A stretch of DNA of 64,000 bases, taken from contig JBBRXA010000008.1 in assembly GCA_038248855.1 (NCBI GenBank), forward strand, positions 2,982 through 66,981. Reading direction: 5' to 3'. The translations under genes were made by a program, and so were the position numbers. Of this stretch, positions 40,337 through 49,806 are shown in pieces. A model generated the notes under the pieces. That model was not told where the DNA came from, made no database searches, and worked only from the letters and a program-made list of their open reading frames with translations. Every line of letters begins with the position of its first letter. Position 1 is the first letter of the stretch. Source of the DNA: Bacteroidales bacterium (GTDB lineage Bacteria; Bacteroidota; Bacteroidia; Bacteroidales; VadinHA17).

Positions 40337-40915
40337 CTAAATAATTCGTGTCACGCTGTTGTCAGAAAGCCTGTATTTCTGACCGCTTTCGTGACATACG
40401 GCAATGCCTTCGTCATCAAATACGAGTTTGTGGCCGTATTCGGAGACCCAGCCAGTATGGCGTCCCGGGTTGCCTATAACGAGAGCAAAAGGTTTTACAT
40501 CCCGGGTAATGACCGCCCCGGCACCGATAAGTGAATACGCACCTATCTCGTGACCGCATATCACTGTTGCATTGGCTCCTATCGATGCGCCTCTCCGTAC
40601 CGTAGTGGTGACGTACTGATCACGCCTGATGACTGCGCTCCGGGGATTTGTAATATTTGTGAAGACCATGGACGGACCGAGGAATACGTCATCCTCGCAT
40701 ACCACTCCCGTATAAATCGAGACATTGTTCTGCACCTTAACGTTGTTGCCCAGGATCACACCCGGGGAAATGACCACATTCTGGCCGATGTTGCATTTCT
40801 CTCCTATTACGGAATCCTTCATTATATGGCTGAAGTGCCAAATTTTGGTTCCTCTGCCTATCGTGCAACCCTCATCTACGACTGCCGTATCATGGGCAAA
40901 AAAGTCTTTTTCCAT
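40337..40915 (-). CDS. wbpD: Hexapeptide N-acetyltransferase
   Basis: TKIWHFSH, IGQNV, KVQNNVSIY and FLGPSMVFTN..NPR. Confidence 0.9.
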   Translation of the reverse strand: MEKDFFAHDTAVVDEGCTIGRGTKIWHFSHIMKDSVIGEKCNIGQNVVISPGVILGNNVKVQNNVSIYTGVVCEDDVFLGPSMVFTNITNPRSAVIRRDQYVTTTVRRGASIGANATVICGHEIGAYSLIGAGAVITRDVKPFALVIGNPGRHTGWVSEYGHKLVFDDEGIAVCHESGQKYRLSDNSVTRII

Positions 40916-40920
40916 TGTTT

Positions 40921-42051
40921 TTACTGTTTGAATTTGTCCCTGATGCAGCCTGTAATATGCCTCAGCTGGTCAGGTTCCATTTCGGTATGCATAGGCAGTG
41001 AGAGAACCTCGCTGCACAGCTGTGTTGTCACGGGGAAATCATCAGTGCGGTAACCGAGATGGAGGTATGCCTTTTGAATGTGCAGTGGCACAGGATAGTA
41101 GATCATCGACGGGATACCCTCGTTTTCAAGATGTTCACGGAGGGAGTCTCTCTCTTCAGCTTTTACTTTTAGGGTGTACTGGTGGAAGATGTGTGTTGAA
41201 CGGGCAGACCGTTTCGGGATAATTACAGATTTTACAGCTCCAAGCTCACTGTCATAGAAGTCGGCTACCTCACGGCGGGCCTCATTGAAGGCGTCGAGAT
41301 GGCGCAGCTTCACCCTCAGTATGGCAGCCTGCAACGTGTCAAGCCTGGAGTTGACGCCAATGTTATCATGATAGTACCTGACCTTCATACCGTGATTGGT
41401 AATGCTTCTTATCAGTGTGGCAAGTTCATCGTTATCGGTGAAGATGGCTCCGCCGTCGCCATAGCAACCGAGATTTTTTGAGGGGAAGAAGGAGGTGCAG
41501 CCGATTATTCCCATGGTGCCTGCCTTTCTGGTTGTGCCGTCACTTAAGATGTAATCGGTTCCGGTAGCCTGTGCCACATCCTCAATAATATGCAGTCCGT
41601 GCTTTTCTGCCAGTTTCATAATCGTTTCCATATCCGCGCACTGGCCGAACAAATGGACCGGGACTATGGCTTTCGTCCTTGGGGTTATGGCTTTTTCAAT
41701 CGCCTCCGTACTTATATTGAATGTATCAGGATCAGGTTCCACGATGACCAGTTTCAGCCCGAGCAGTTCCACCACCTCCACCGTTGCTATGAATGTAAAG
41801 TCGGTTGTGATGATTTCGTCTCCGGGTTTAAGGTTGAGAGCCATCATTGCTATCTGGAGGGCATCGGTACCGTTGGCGCAGGAGATCACATTCCGGACCC
41901 CCAGATACCTCTGCAGCTCCTCTTCGAAGAGTCTTACATCGGGACCCTTGATGAAGGCTGCCGATTCTATCACCCCTGACACGGCACTGTCAATGTCGGC
42001 TTTCAGCCTTAAATACTGTGACCGCAGGTCAACCATCTCTATTTTTTTCAT
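40921..42051 (-). CDS. wbpE: DegT/DnrJ/EryC1/StrS aminotransferase
   Basis: NGTDALQIA, PVHLFGQ, SFFPSKNLG.YGDGG and NSRLDTLQAA; clustered with wbpD/wbpB. Confidence 0.85.
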   Translation of the reverse strand: MKKIEMVDLRSQYLRLKADIDSAVSGVIESAAFIKGPDVRLFEEELQRYLGVRNVISCANGTDALQIAMMALNLKPGDEIITTDFTFIATVEVVELLGLKLVIVEPDPDTFNISTEAIEKAITPRTKAIVPVHLFGQCADMETIMKLAEKHGLHIIEDVAQATGTDYILSDGTTRKAGTMGIIGCTSFFPSKNLGCYGDGGAIFTDNDELATLIRSITNHGMKVRYYHDNIGVNSRLDTLQAAILRVKLRHLDAFNEARREVADFYDSELGAVKSVIIPKRSARSTHIFHQYTLKVKAEERDSLREHLENEGIPSMIYYPVPLHIQKAYLHLGYRTDDFPVTTQLCSEVLSLPMHTEMEPDQLRHITGCIRDKFKQ

Positions 42052-42129
42052 GGGGTGATTCTTCTCTTTGCAACGAAGATAATACATTTTGAATAAACCT
42101 TTTTTAATGGGCAGATTGCGGTTTTATTG

Positions 42130-42137
42130 TATATTTG
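42130..42137 (+). promoter_or_regulatory. -7 promoter box for the SPOR protein gene
   Basis: TATATTTG, 17 nt before ATG 42155. Confidence 0.55.
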
Positions 42138-42154
42138 TATATCAGAAATTAAAC

Positions 42155-43117
42155 ATGGCGAGGGATATAAACGCATATATAAGAGAGTTGCTCTTCGGGC
42201 ATGACTGTGTCATTGTACCGGGTTTTGGAGCGTTTATAGGGAATTTTTCGCCGGCAAGCATCGACCGCGGGGAAGGGCTGTTTTATCCGCCGTCAAAGAA
42301 AATAACATTCAACCGTCATCTTATCACCAACGACGGTCTGCTGATAGGTCACATCTCTGCCCGGAAAGGAATCGGTTACGGTGAAGCCCGTGATATTGTA
42401 ACAGAATATGCCGAGGTGCTCCGCAGAAGGATCGCCGGGGGAGATGAGGTCACCCTTGAACATATCGGTACTTTCTCAACAAACCGTGAAGGCTCCCTGA
42501 TCTTCGAGCCTGACAGCGATGCCAATTACCTGCTTACCTCTTACGGGCTGGACTCATACCACCGGAGACCGGTTGCAGATTTCGACATCAGGAAGAGGGT
42601 CCTTGATCTTCACGAACAGCCTTCACTGAGACAGCCTTCAGTAAGGCGCCTGCTGACAAGGGCTGCCGTGATTATACCGCTGCTGGTTGCAATGGCCCTG
42701 GTGCCTTTCAACAATAAGATATTTAAGGGGAAAGTGGCTGAGTCAACCCTTAATCCTCTGGCGACAGCCGAACTTGAATTCAACAGGGCACAGATAAACG
42801 GCGAAAAGGTGGAGGCCGATTCGGGTGTTGCTTCCGATTCAGGTATTGCTTCCGATTCAGAGCCGGCCCCGGTTTTTGTACCCGCACAGCCGGCATTCAG
42901 GTATATGCTTGTCACCGGCAGCTTCAAGACCGAGGAAAATGCCCTGACAATGGTTGAAAAACTACGCAGCAGGGGATACAGTCCCGAGGTGGCTGCAGGT
43001 CCGGACGGATTTCTGCGCGTCAGCGCGGTGACGTTCGAGTCATTTGCCGAAGCGGCAGAAGCGCTGGCATCATTCAGTACCGTTTTTCCCGAGACCTGGG
43101 TCTGCAAGACCAGGTAG
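42155..43117 (+). CDS. HU-CCDC81-like N-terminal domains + TM helix + SPOR domain protein
   Basis: IRELL..HDCVIVPGFGAF, FN..L..NDGLL and LEHIGTF; TM AAVIIPLLVAMALV; SPOR motifs LVTGSFKTEENA and RVS. Confidence 0.85.
   Translation: MARDINAYIRELLFGHDCVIVPGFGAFIGNFSPASIDRGEGLFYPPSKKITFNRHLITNDGLLIGHISARKGIGYGEARDIVTEYAEVLRRRIAGGDEVTLEHIGTFSTNREGSLIFEPDSDANYLLTSYGLDSYHRRPVADFDIRKRVLDLHEQPSLRQPSVRRLLTRAAVIIPLLVAMALVPFNNKIFKGKVAESTLNPLATAELEFNRAQINGEKVEADSGVASDSGIASDSEPAPVFVPAQPAFRYMLVTGSFKTEENALTMVEKLRSRGYSPEVAAGPDGFLRVSAVTFESFAEAAEALASFSTVFPETWVCKTR
42816..42860 (+). repeat. 18-bp in-frame tandem repeat (about 2.5 copies) in the SPOR protein linker
   Basis: ccgattcgggtgttgctt / ccgattcaggtattgctt / ccgattcag, encoding DSGVAS DSGIAS DS. 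Confidence 0.8.
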
Positions 43118-43149
43118 TAAGAGATAATATTACAGAGGAAGCGGAAGCC

Positions 43150-45183
43150 CTATTTTACCGGGCTTCCGTTTTTGATTTTATCTTCCGGCATCACAAAGGT
43201 CATTTTTCCCGAGGCGTCTTCGGCAAGCAGTATCATTCCTTTCGATTCGATACCCTTTATTGTGCGCGGCGCCAGATTGACAATGACTGACACTCTTTTT
43301 CCCGGCAGCTCCTCTGCCGTGAAATGCTCGGCAATCCCTGAAACGATGGTTCGTATGTCAATTCCGGTATCTACCTTAAGCCTGATCAGCTTGGTGGTAC
43401 GGGCAACCTTTTCAGCCTCGAGGATTGTTGCAGTGCGGATATCCATCCTGTTGAAATCCTCGAATGTAACATCCTCCTTCTGCGGGATAGTTGTGGCAAC
43501 GGCAGCTTCATTGGCCTTCTTCGTGTCAAGCAGCTTTTGCACCTGTCTGCTTATCTCCTCATCCTCGACCCTGGTGAACATCAGTTCGCCGGCGGTTATC
43601 ACATGGCCAGGACTGAGCAGTTCGGTGCTGCCGGCTGACTCCCATCTGAGATCGCCGATATTGAGCCAGCCTCTCAGCTTATCCATCGAGAAGGGAAGGA
43701 ACGGTTCAAGAATGATTGCAAGATTGGCGGTAATCTGGAGGGAGACGTTCAGAATGGTCTTCACGCGTTCCGGATCGGTCTTTATAACCTTCCACGGTTC
43801 AGTGTCAGCAAGGTATTTGTTTCCCAGCCTTGCCAGGTTCATTGCCTCGGCAAGTGCCTGCCTGAAACGGAATGCCTCGAGATTGCTTTCCACGGCGCCC
43901 TTAAGGTCATTTATGGAGGAGAGAGCTGCCCGGTCGTAATCAGAAAGGGCTCCTGCCTCCGGCACTTTGCCGCCGTAATATTTATCGGTCAGCACGAGTG
44001 TACGGTTTACAAAGTTGCCGAGGATGGCTACAAGTTCATTGTTGTTGCGTGCCTGGAAATCCTTCCAGGTGAAGTCGTTGTCCTTGGCTTCGGGAGCGCT
44101 GGCACAGAGGGCGTAACGCAGCGAGTCCTGCTTCCCGGGGAAATCTGCCAGGTATTCGTGAAGCCATACCGCCCAGTTCCTCGAGGTTGAGATCTTGTCG
44201 TTTTCAAGGTTCAGGAACTCATTTGCCGGAACGTTGTCAGGGAGGATATAGCTTCCCTCAGCCCTGAGCATGGCAGGGAAAATAATGCAGTGAAAAACGA
44301 TGTTGTCCTTGCCGATGAAATGGACCATTCGGGTCTCAGGATCTTTCCAGTACTTCTCCCAGTCGGGAGTCAGCTCTTTTGTTGCAGAGATATAACCGAT
44401 GGGAGCGTCAAACCAGACATAGAGGACTTTTCCTTCGGCCCCTTCGACGGGAACCGGAACACCCCAGTCGAGATCCCTGCTTACAGCCCTTGGCTGCAGG
44501 CCCTGGTCGAGCCACGACTTGCACTGTCCGTACACGTTAGTTTTCCATTCGGTATGTTCCTCAAGGATCCATTTTCTGAGCCACGGTTCATACTTGTCGA
44601 GGGGCAGGTACCAGTGCAGGGTCTCACGCATTTCAGGAGCGCTACCGCTGATTGTGGAGCGTGGATTCTTCAGGTCGGTGGGGCTGAGAGATGTGCCGCA
44701 CTTCTCGCACTGGTCGCCGTAAGCGTTTTCATTTCCGCAAAAGGGGCAGGTTCCTGTTATGTAACGGTCGGCGAGGAAGCAGCCGGCTTCCGCATCATAA
44801 TACTGGTTCGAACTCTTTTCCGTGAATTCTCCCTTGTCATACAGGTTGCGGAAGAACTCTGAGGCGGTATCATAATGGATCTTGCTTGAAGTGCGCGAAT
44901 AGATATCGAAAGTGATGCCGAAGTCTTCAAAAGCCTTTTTGTTAAGGGTATGGTAACGGTCAACAACCTCCTGCGGGGTGATCCCTTCCTTACGTGCCTT
45001 GAGGGTTATAGGAACGCCGTGTTCATCAGACCCGCAAATGTGTATGACATCGGCTCCGCGAAGTCTCAGGTACCGGGTGTAAATATCGGAGGGAACATAT
45101 ACTCCGGCAAGGTGTCCAATGTGTATTGGTCCGTTGGCGTAAGGCAGTGCAGAAGTTATTAGGTGACGGCTGAACTTTTTCAT
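43150..45183 (-). CDS. metG: Methionine--tRNA ligase
   Basis: [13 protein letters not shown], Zn knuckle CPFC..CEKC, KISTS and C-terminal tRNA-binding domain. Confidence 0.98.
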   Translation of the reverse strand: MKKFSRHLITSALPYANGPIHIGHLAGVYVPSDIYTRYLRLRGADVIHICGSDEHGVPITLKARKEGITPQEVVDRYHTLNKKAFEDFGITFDIYSRTSSKIHYDTASEFFRNLYDKGEFTEKSSNQYYDAEAGCFLADRYITGTCPFCGNENAYGDQCEKCGTSLSPTDLKNPRSTISGSAPEMRETLHWYLPLDKYEPWLRKWILEEHTEWKTNVYGQCKSWLDQGLQPRAVSRDLDWGVPVPVEGAEGKVLYVWFDAPIGYISATKELTPDWEKYWKDPETRMVHFIGKDNIVFHCIIFPAMLRAEGSYILPDNVPANEFLNLENDKISTSRNWAVWLHEYLADFPGKQDSLRYALCASAPEAKDNDFTWKDFQARNNNELVAILGNFVNRTLVLTDKYYGGKVPEAGALSDYDRAALSSINDLKGAVESNLEAFRFRQALAEAMNLARLGNKYLADTEPWKVIKTDPERVKTILNVSLQITANLAIILEPFLPFSMDKLRGWLNIGDLRWESAGSTELLSPGHVITAGELMFTRVEDEEISRQVQKLLDTKKANEAAVATTIPQKEDVTFEDFNRMDIRTATILEAEKVARTTKLIRLKVDTGIDIRTIVSGIAEHFTAEELPGKRVSVIVNLAPRTIKGIESKGMILLAEDASGKMTFVMPEDKIKNGSPVK

Positions 45184-45217
45184 CTCGATGACCAGTAGTG
45201 TTTTTATGTTAACCCGG

Positions 45218-45225
45218 CAAAGATA
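45218..45225 (-). promoter_or_regulatory. -7 promoter box for metG
   Basis: TATCTTTG(C) on the minus strand. Confidence 0.6.
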
Positions 45226-45252
45226 ACACTTTCGCGGAAGGAGGCGAAAAGG

Positions 45253-46098
45253 CTATTCGCCCTGGCCGAAAGCGAGCAGGACCTGGTTCACATATGTACG
45301 TGAAACAGGGATCAGGACTGTCACCGGCGTGTCGAGTTCAAGCATCAGACCCTCCTTTTCCCGGCGGATGAGCTTTATCTTTTCCATGTTTACCAGGTAA
45401 GACCGGTGGCACCGGAAAATAGACTCATTCTGCATCTCGTCCTCCATTTTTTTCAGGGTATTCCGGAGAAGGAATTTCGAGAGGCGCTCCTTGGACAGAT
45501 ACCAGACGGTAACGTAATTATCTGTTCCCTGCAGATAGAGTATGTCTGACCTCTTCAGCGATAGACGGAGAGTTCCCTTTTCGTCGCGAAGCGGAATCAT
45601 CGCCTTCTGTGCCGGGGCATCAGGCAGCTCACTCATTTCCAGCAGCTGGCGCTGCTTGTCGCGCCAGGAAAAATAGAGCCAGAGTGCGGAATAGGGAAGG
45701 AGCAGCGTAAGCGACGTATTCAGGACAGATAAACGGAAGATTTCAGTGAACGCCCGGGGTTCCTTCAGAATTATCAGTTCATAAGAAGTGTAGAAAAAGG
45801 CCATGCTTATTATCTCAGCAGCAACCCAGATGAGGTACTGGTAAATCCTCAGCTCGGCACCGCGACGGACAGCCTGATACATTATTATGCGGCTCAGGGC
45901 GACAACCAGGATGCCGGTCAGTATAACCCCGCTTGAATAGGCGAACAGTCTGAGCGTGGAAATTTTAAACTTTTCCTCAACACCGAACGGAGAATAAAGG
46001 TTGATAAACAGCAGGGCAAATGCTGCGGTAAAGAGGATCAGCCTGACAATGTTCTGTTTGTCAGTAAGGTATTTCGGAAGTATTTTATTCAGATCCAC
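45253..46098 (-). CDS. Membrane-bound LytTR-family transcriptional regulator (about 4 TM + LytTR)
   Basis: Four hydrophobic segments, then ILYLQGTDNYVTV, LKKME, FRCHRSYLVNM and IPVSRTY. Probable GTG start at 46098. Confidence 0.88.
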   Translation of the reverse strand: MDLNKILPKYLTDKQNIVRLILFTAAFALLFINLYSPFGVEEKFKISTLRLFAYSSGVILTGILVVALSRIIMYQAVRRGAELRIYQYLIWVAAEIISMAFFYTSYELIILKEPRAFTEIFRLSVLNTSLTLLLPYSALWLYFSWRDKQRQLLEMSELPDAPAQKAMIPLRDEKGTLRLSLKRSDILYLQGTDNYVTVWYLSKERLSKFLLRNTLKKMEDEMQNESIFRCHRSYLVNMEKIKLIRREKEGLMLELDTPVTVLIPVSRTYVNQVLLAFGQGE

Positions 46099-46179
46099 AC
46101 AAAGGAGGGTTAACCCGTTTGGGTGTAAAATTAGCATTTTTCATTCATAAGTCCTCTCCTGAGAGGGGTTAGGGCTGAA

Positions 46180-46235
46180 CCGATTTTACCCCTGACAGGC
46201 CGTTTTCACCCCTGATATGGCGTTTTCAGCCCTTG
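46180..46235 (+). promoter_or_regulatory. Three direct repeats, period 20 bp (candidate LytTR operator)
   Basis: ccgattttacccctga / ccgttttcacccctga / gcgttttcagcccttg at 46180, 46200 and 46220. Confidence 0.6.
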
Positions 46236-46300
46236 TGTTACCCGGAAACACCTTATTTTTTGAGGCAGGTCGGATATTTTGTTTGTTTGTGCGAAAAAAG

Positions 46301-47449
46301 ATGGGGTATACAGACCAGCAGAGGGAGTTAGGCGGTTTCCTGAGGGAAGAGGGGAATGACCGCATTATTCCGGGAACAGATATAAGGGTGGTGAAGGAAA
46401 TGTTCCATTCGAAGAACGGATTGACAATCCCGGCTTCTCCCCGGCTTCCGGGATTATTCCGGGATTTCTTCCCGACTGTCGACGCTTCAGAGGTGAACGA
46501 TAACTTTTCATACAATATTTTTCTCCCTGCGAAACCTGAAAAGGGCTTTATCATTTTGCTGCACGGTCTCAATGAGCGCACCTGGGACAAGTATATACTG
46601 TGGGCTCTGAGGCTGGCATCGGATACGCGTAAACCTGTAATTCTCTTTCCTATTGCCAATCACATGAACCGTTCTCCCCGCACATGGTTTGACCGTCACG
46701 CCATGATGCCGGCAGTTGCTGCAAGAATGCTCTCTGAACCGGGAGCGAGGCTGACCACTTTTGCAAATGTGGCGCTGAGTACGCGGTTGTCAATTTCGCC
46801 GCACCTCTTTTTCCTCTCCGGATACCAGGCTGTCAATGACATCATCAGTCTCACGGAAGAGATAAAAAGCGGCAGGCATCCGAGCATCGGGCGTGAGGGC
46901 AGTCCTGATATTTTTGCCTATTCAATCGGGGTAATGCTTGCGCAGGTTCTGATGCTTTCCAGGGAAAAGCCGCTGCCGCCCGAGAGCAGGCTGTTTTTCT
47001 TCTGCGGGGGCAGCGCTCTCAACAAGATGAACGGAACTTCAAAGCTGATAATGGACAGCAAGGCTTTTGACAGGCTCATCAGTTACTACATCGATGAAAT
47101 AGATGAGAAGCAGAAACAGGGAGGCGACTGGCTGACAAAGATTGTCGATGAAACGGCCGTGGGTGAAGGCTATTATGCAATGAGTTCCGCGGCGCGGCTG
47201 AAAAAAGTCTTCGGGGACCCCTTCCGGGATCTTGACGGCAGGGTGAGAGCCGTCACGGTTTCATCTGACAGGGTAATCCCTCCGGCAGGGATTAAAGAGG
47301 CCATGCTGGGAGCTGATATTGATACGTGGTTACCTGACTATCCCTGCACTCACGAAAATCCCTTCCCGCTTTTCACAACAGGATACGCCGGGGCTGTCGA
47401 CAGTGCCTTCGACAGGCTTTTCACCTCTGCGTCCGCTTTCCTTGCATGA
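46301..47449 (+). CDS. DUF6051-like alpha/beta-hydrolase-fold protein
   Basis: IILLHGLNER, nucleophile elbow FAYSIG, DRVIP and HENPF. Start set at ATG 46301. Confidence 0.75.
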   Translation: MGYTDQQRELGGFLREEGNDRIIPGTDIRVVKEMFHSKNGLTIPASPRLPGLFRDFFPTVDASEVNDNFSYNIFLPAKPEKGFIILLHGLNERTWDKYILWALRLASDTRKPVILFPIANHMNRSPRTWFDRHAMMPAVAARMLSEPGARLTTFANVALSTRLSISPHLFFLSGYQAVNDIISLTEEIKSGRHPSIGREGSPDIFAYSIGVMLAQVLMLSREKPLPPESRLFFFCGGSALNKMNGTSKLIMDSKAFDRLISYYIDEIDEKQKQGGDWLTKIVDETAVGEGYYAMSSAARLKKVFGDPFRDLDGRVRAVTVSSDRVIPPAGIKEAMLGADIDTWLPDYPCTHENPFPLFTTGYAGAVDSAFDRLFTSASAFLA

Positions 47450-47502
47450 AATGATCAGCGCTTAATCACTCCGTGTTCCGCTCCGGGATAAATTAAAAAT
47501 TG

Positions 47503-47510
47503 TATTTTTG
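47503..47510 (+). promoter_or_regulatory. -7 promoter box for the LD-carboxypeptidase gene
   Basis: TATTTTTG upstream of ATG 47537. Confidence 0.55.
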
Positions 47511-47536
47511 ATTTATTCTTTCCCAGAACCGGATCC

Positions 47537-48448
47537 ATGAAGACTCTTACAATTCCCGCCTATCTGAAAGAGGGTGACACAGTAGTTATTATATCACCTT
47601 CCGGTGTTGTTGACAGGGATGTTATATTAAAAGCCGTTGCAATTCTCAAAGCTTCAGGTTTCAATGTTGTATTGGGTGAAAACGTCTTCAGGCAGAACGG
47701 CTGTTTTGCCGGAAGTGACAGGGAGAGACTTTCCGACCTTCAGCACGCTACGGATGACCCGGACGTCAGAGCCGTATTTTGCTCACGCGGGGGATACGGC
47801 ATCTCACGTATAATTGACAGGGTTGATTTCTCTTCTCTGAAGAAACACCCGAAGTGGTATGTGGGATTCAGTGATATAACAGTATTGCACCTGTGGCTGA
47901 ACAGGCTGTGCGGACTTGTCTCACTGCATGCCGAGATGCCCCTGAACTATTCAAATCCCAAAAAGTCAGCTGAGAGTTACAGCTCGGTTATAAAGGCACT
48001 GAAAGGTGAGCCGGAAACCATCACCTGGAAGAGTTCTCATCATGCGACAGTCTCCATCCGCGGGCCGCTGACAGGAGGCAACCTGTCTCTCATTTACAGC
48101 CTTACGGGCACCCCTGCTGAGCCTGACACTGACGGATCTGTTCTGTTCATCGAGGAGGTTGGGGAATACTACTATCATCTTGACAGGATGATGACATCAT
48201 TGCGGCTCACCGGAAAGCTGAACAACCTTGCAGCAATGATTGTGGGAGGGATGGAAAAGATGGAGCAGGGCAACGTCATCTACAACAAAAGTGCCGAAGA
48301 GATCATTCTGGATATTGCAGGTCACTACAATTACCACATCATCTTCAATTTTCCCGCCGGCCACATAAGTGACAACAGGGCCTTTTACATGGGGCGCGAG
48401 GCTGTCGTTACGCAGAACGGGCTTGAGGCATCCCTGACCTTTGTGTAA
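47537..48448 (+). CDS. ldcA: LD-carboxypeptidase (peptidase S66)
   Basis: RGGYG, GFSDIT, GGNLS, LFIEEVGE and FPAGH. Confidence 0.9.
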   Translation: MKTLTIPAYLKEGDTVVIISPSGVVDRDVILKAVAILKASGFNVVLGENVFRQNGCFAGSDRERLSDLQHATDDPDVRAVFCSRGGYGISRIIDRVDFSSLKKHPKWYVGFSDITVLHLWLNRLCGLVSLHAEMPLNYSNPKKSAESYSSVIKALKGEPETITWKSSHHATVSIRGPLTGGNLSLIYSLTGTPAEPDTDGSVLFIEEVGEYYYHLDRMMTSLRLTGKLNNLAAMIVGGMEKMEQGNVIYNKSAEEIILDIAGHYNYHIIFNFPAGHISDNRAFYMGREAVVTQNGLEASLTFV

Positions 48449-48453
48449 AAATG

Positions 48454-49650
48454 TCAGAAGGCTGCAAGGAGGAGGTTGATGTCTTTCGAAAGAATGCCGA
48501 ATTTTTGCCCCAGGAGTTCATTGGTCAGGATCCCGTTGTAGATATAAACTCCGGTTCTGAGTCCGTTGTTGAACTTCAGCATCGGAGTCACGCCTCCGGC
48601 ATCTGCAATTTCCTGTATCAGGGGTCTGAATACATTGCTGAGGGCTATTGATGCAGTGCGGGGCACCCGTGAAGGAAGGTTCCACGCCGAATAGTGGATC
48701 ACCCCGTGTTTCTCATACAGCGGGTCTTTCAGTGCACGGCACTCCGTAGTTTCAACACACCCGCCGCTGTCGACGCTCAGGTCAATGATCACAGATCCCC
48801 GTTTCATGCCCTGCACCATGTCTTCGGTCACATAAAACCAGGGTCTGAGATCTTCGGCTCCCAGTGCTCCGATGAGCACGTCGGCAGATTTCAGGGCTTT
48901 TTTGAGGACCTGGGGATGGAAGGTGGAAGTGTATAGCCTCTGCCCGAGAAGATTCTGAAATCCCCGCAGACGGTGCACCGAATTGTCAAAAATCCTTACG
49001 ATGGCACCCAGTCCCAGTGCAGCACGGGCAGCATTCTCCCCGGCGGTATTGGCGCCTATGATTACCACTTCAGTGGGGGTTACTCCGGTAATGCCTCCGA
49101 GCATTACGCCCTTGCCTCCCGAAGTGCTGCTAAGAAAGTCAGATGCCAGCAGCACCGCCGTGATGCCGCTGATCTCACTCATCGACTCCACAACCGGGAG
49201 AACCCCGTCACTGTCTTTTATCTTTTCACTCGCCAGGGCAGTGACACGCTTACGCATCATTGACGAAAGGGTCAACTCTCCCATCATGGCCACATTCATG
49301 AATGAGATTACCACCTGGTTGCCCCTGAGAAGCTCAACCTCCTTTTCATCGAAGGGGGCGGTTTTGATTATCAGGTCACACTCATATACTTTCTGCGAAG
49401 AATCTGAGACCACGGCCCCGTTCTCGCTGTACTTGCTGTCACTGTAGCTTGAACCCTGTCCTGCTCCTCGTTCTATGAAAACTTCATGGCCTGCGTCAGT
49501 AAGGATCTTTACCGCCTCAGGAGTCAGTGAAATGCGTTTTTCATTGTCACGCACGTCGCGGGGCATTCCAATCGACATCTGGCGCCTGTTGACAGCCTTT
49601 TCAAGTTGCTCTTCCCGTGGCATGAATGCACTTTTTGCCGGCTCACCCAT
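48454..49650 (-). CDS. Alanine dehydrogenase/PNT-family protein (atypical active site)
   Basis: EKRISLTP, ERGAG, MSEISG, GKGVMLGG.TGV, IDLSVDSGGCVET and NLPSRVPRTAS.ALSN. Confidence 0.85.
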   Translation of the reverse strand: MGEPAKSAFMPREEQLEKAVNRRQMSIGMPRDVRDNEKRISLTPEAVKILTDAGHEVFIERGAGQGSSYSDSKYSENGAVVSDSSQKVYECDLIIKTAPFDEKEVELLRGNQVVISFMNVAMMGELTLSSMMRKRVTALASEKIKDSDGVLPVVESMSEISGITAVLLASDFLSSTSGGKGVMLGGITGVTPTEVVIIGANTAGENAARAALGLGAIVRIFDNSVHRLRGFQNLLGQRLYTSTFHPQVLKKALKSADVLIGALGAEDLRPWFYVTEDMVQGMKRGSVIIDLSVDSGGCVETTECRALKDPLYEKHGVIHYSAWNLPSRVPRTASIALSNVFRPLIQEIADAGGVTPMLKFNNGLRTGVYIYNGILTNELLGQKFGILSKDINLLLAAF

Positions 49651-49696
49651 CTGGTTTGGTTAAAATTGTTTGAACTAATATGATCAATCAGCTCAT

Positions 49697-49704
49697 CAAA
49701 TTTA
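49697..49704 (-). promoter_or_regulatory. -7 promoter box for the Ald-like gene
   Basis: TAAATTTG on the minus strand. Confidence 0.55.
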
Positions 49705-49720
49705 AGATAATAATTGCAGA

Positions 49721-49781
49721 GTAAAGAAGGAGTAGCGTGGGAATATGTTGTCAGGGTAAAGAAGGAGTAGCGTGGGAATAT
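49721..49781. repeat. Perfect 26-bp direct repeat x2, period 35 bp
   Basis: gtaaagaaggagtagcgtgggaatat at 49721-49746 and 49756-49781; partial third copy agaaggagt at about 49798-49806. Confidence 0.9.
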
Positions 49782-49806
49782 TCTGCCCGGGAGGTGCAGA
49801 AGGAGT

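Noticed and set aside
43172-44862. 255-aa and 190-aa plus-strand ORFs
   Set aside because: Antisense to metG; codon-symmetry artefacts.
46180-46235. Possible CRISPR or iteron array
   Set aside because: The 20-bp period leaves no spacer-length unique sequence and there is no rep or cas gene; a regulator site fits better.
49721-49806. Possible mini-CRISPR array
   Set aside because: Only two full repeats, the 9-bp spacer is far too short, and there are no cas genes in the window.
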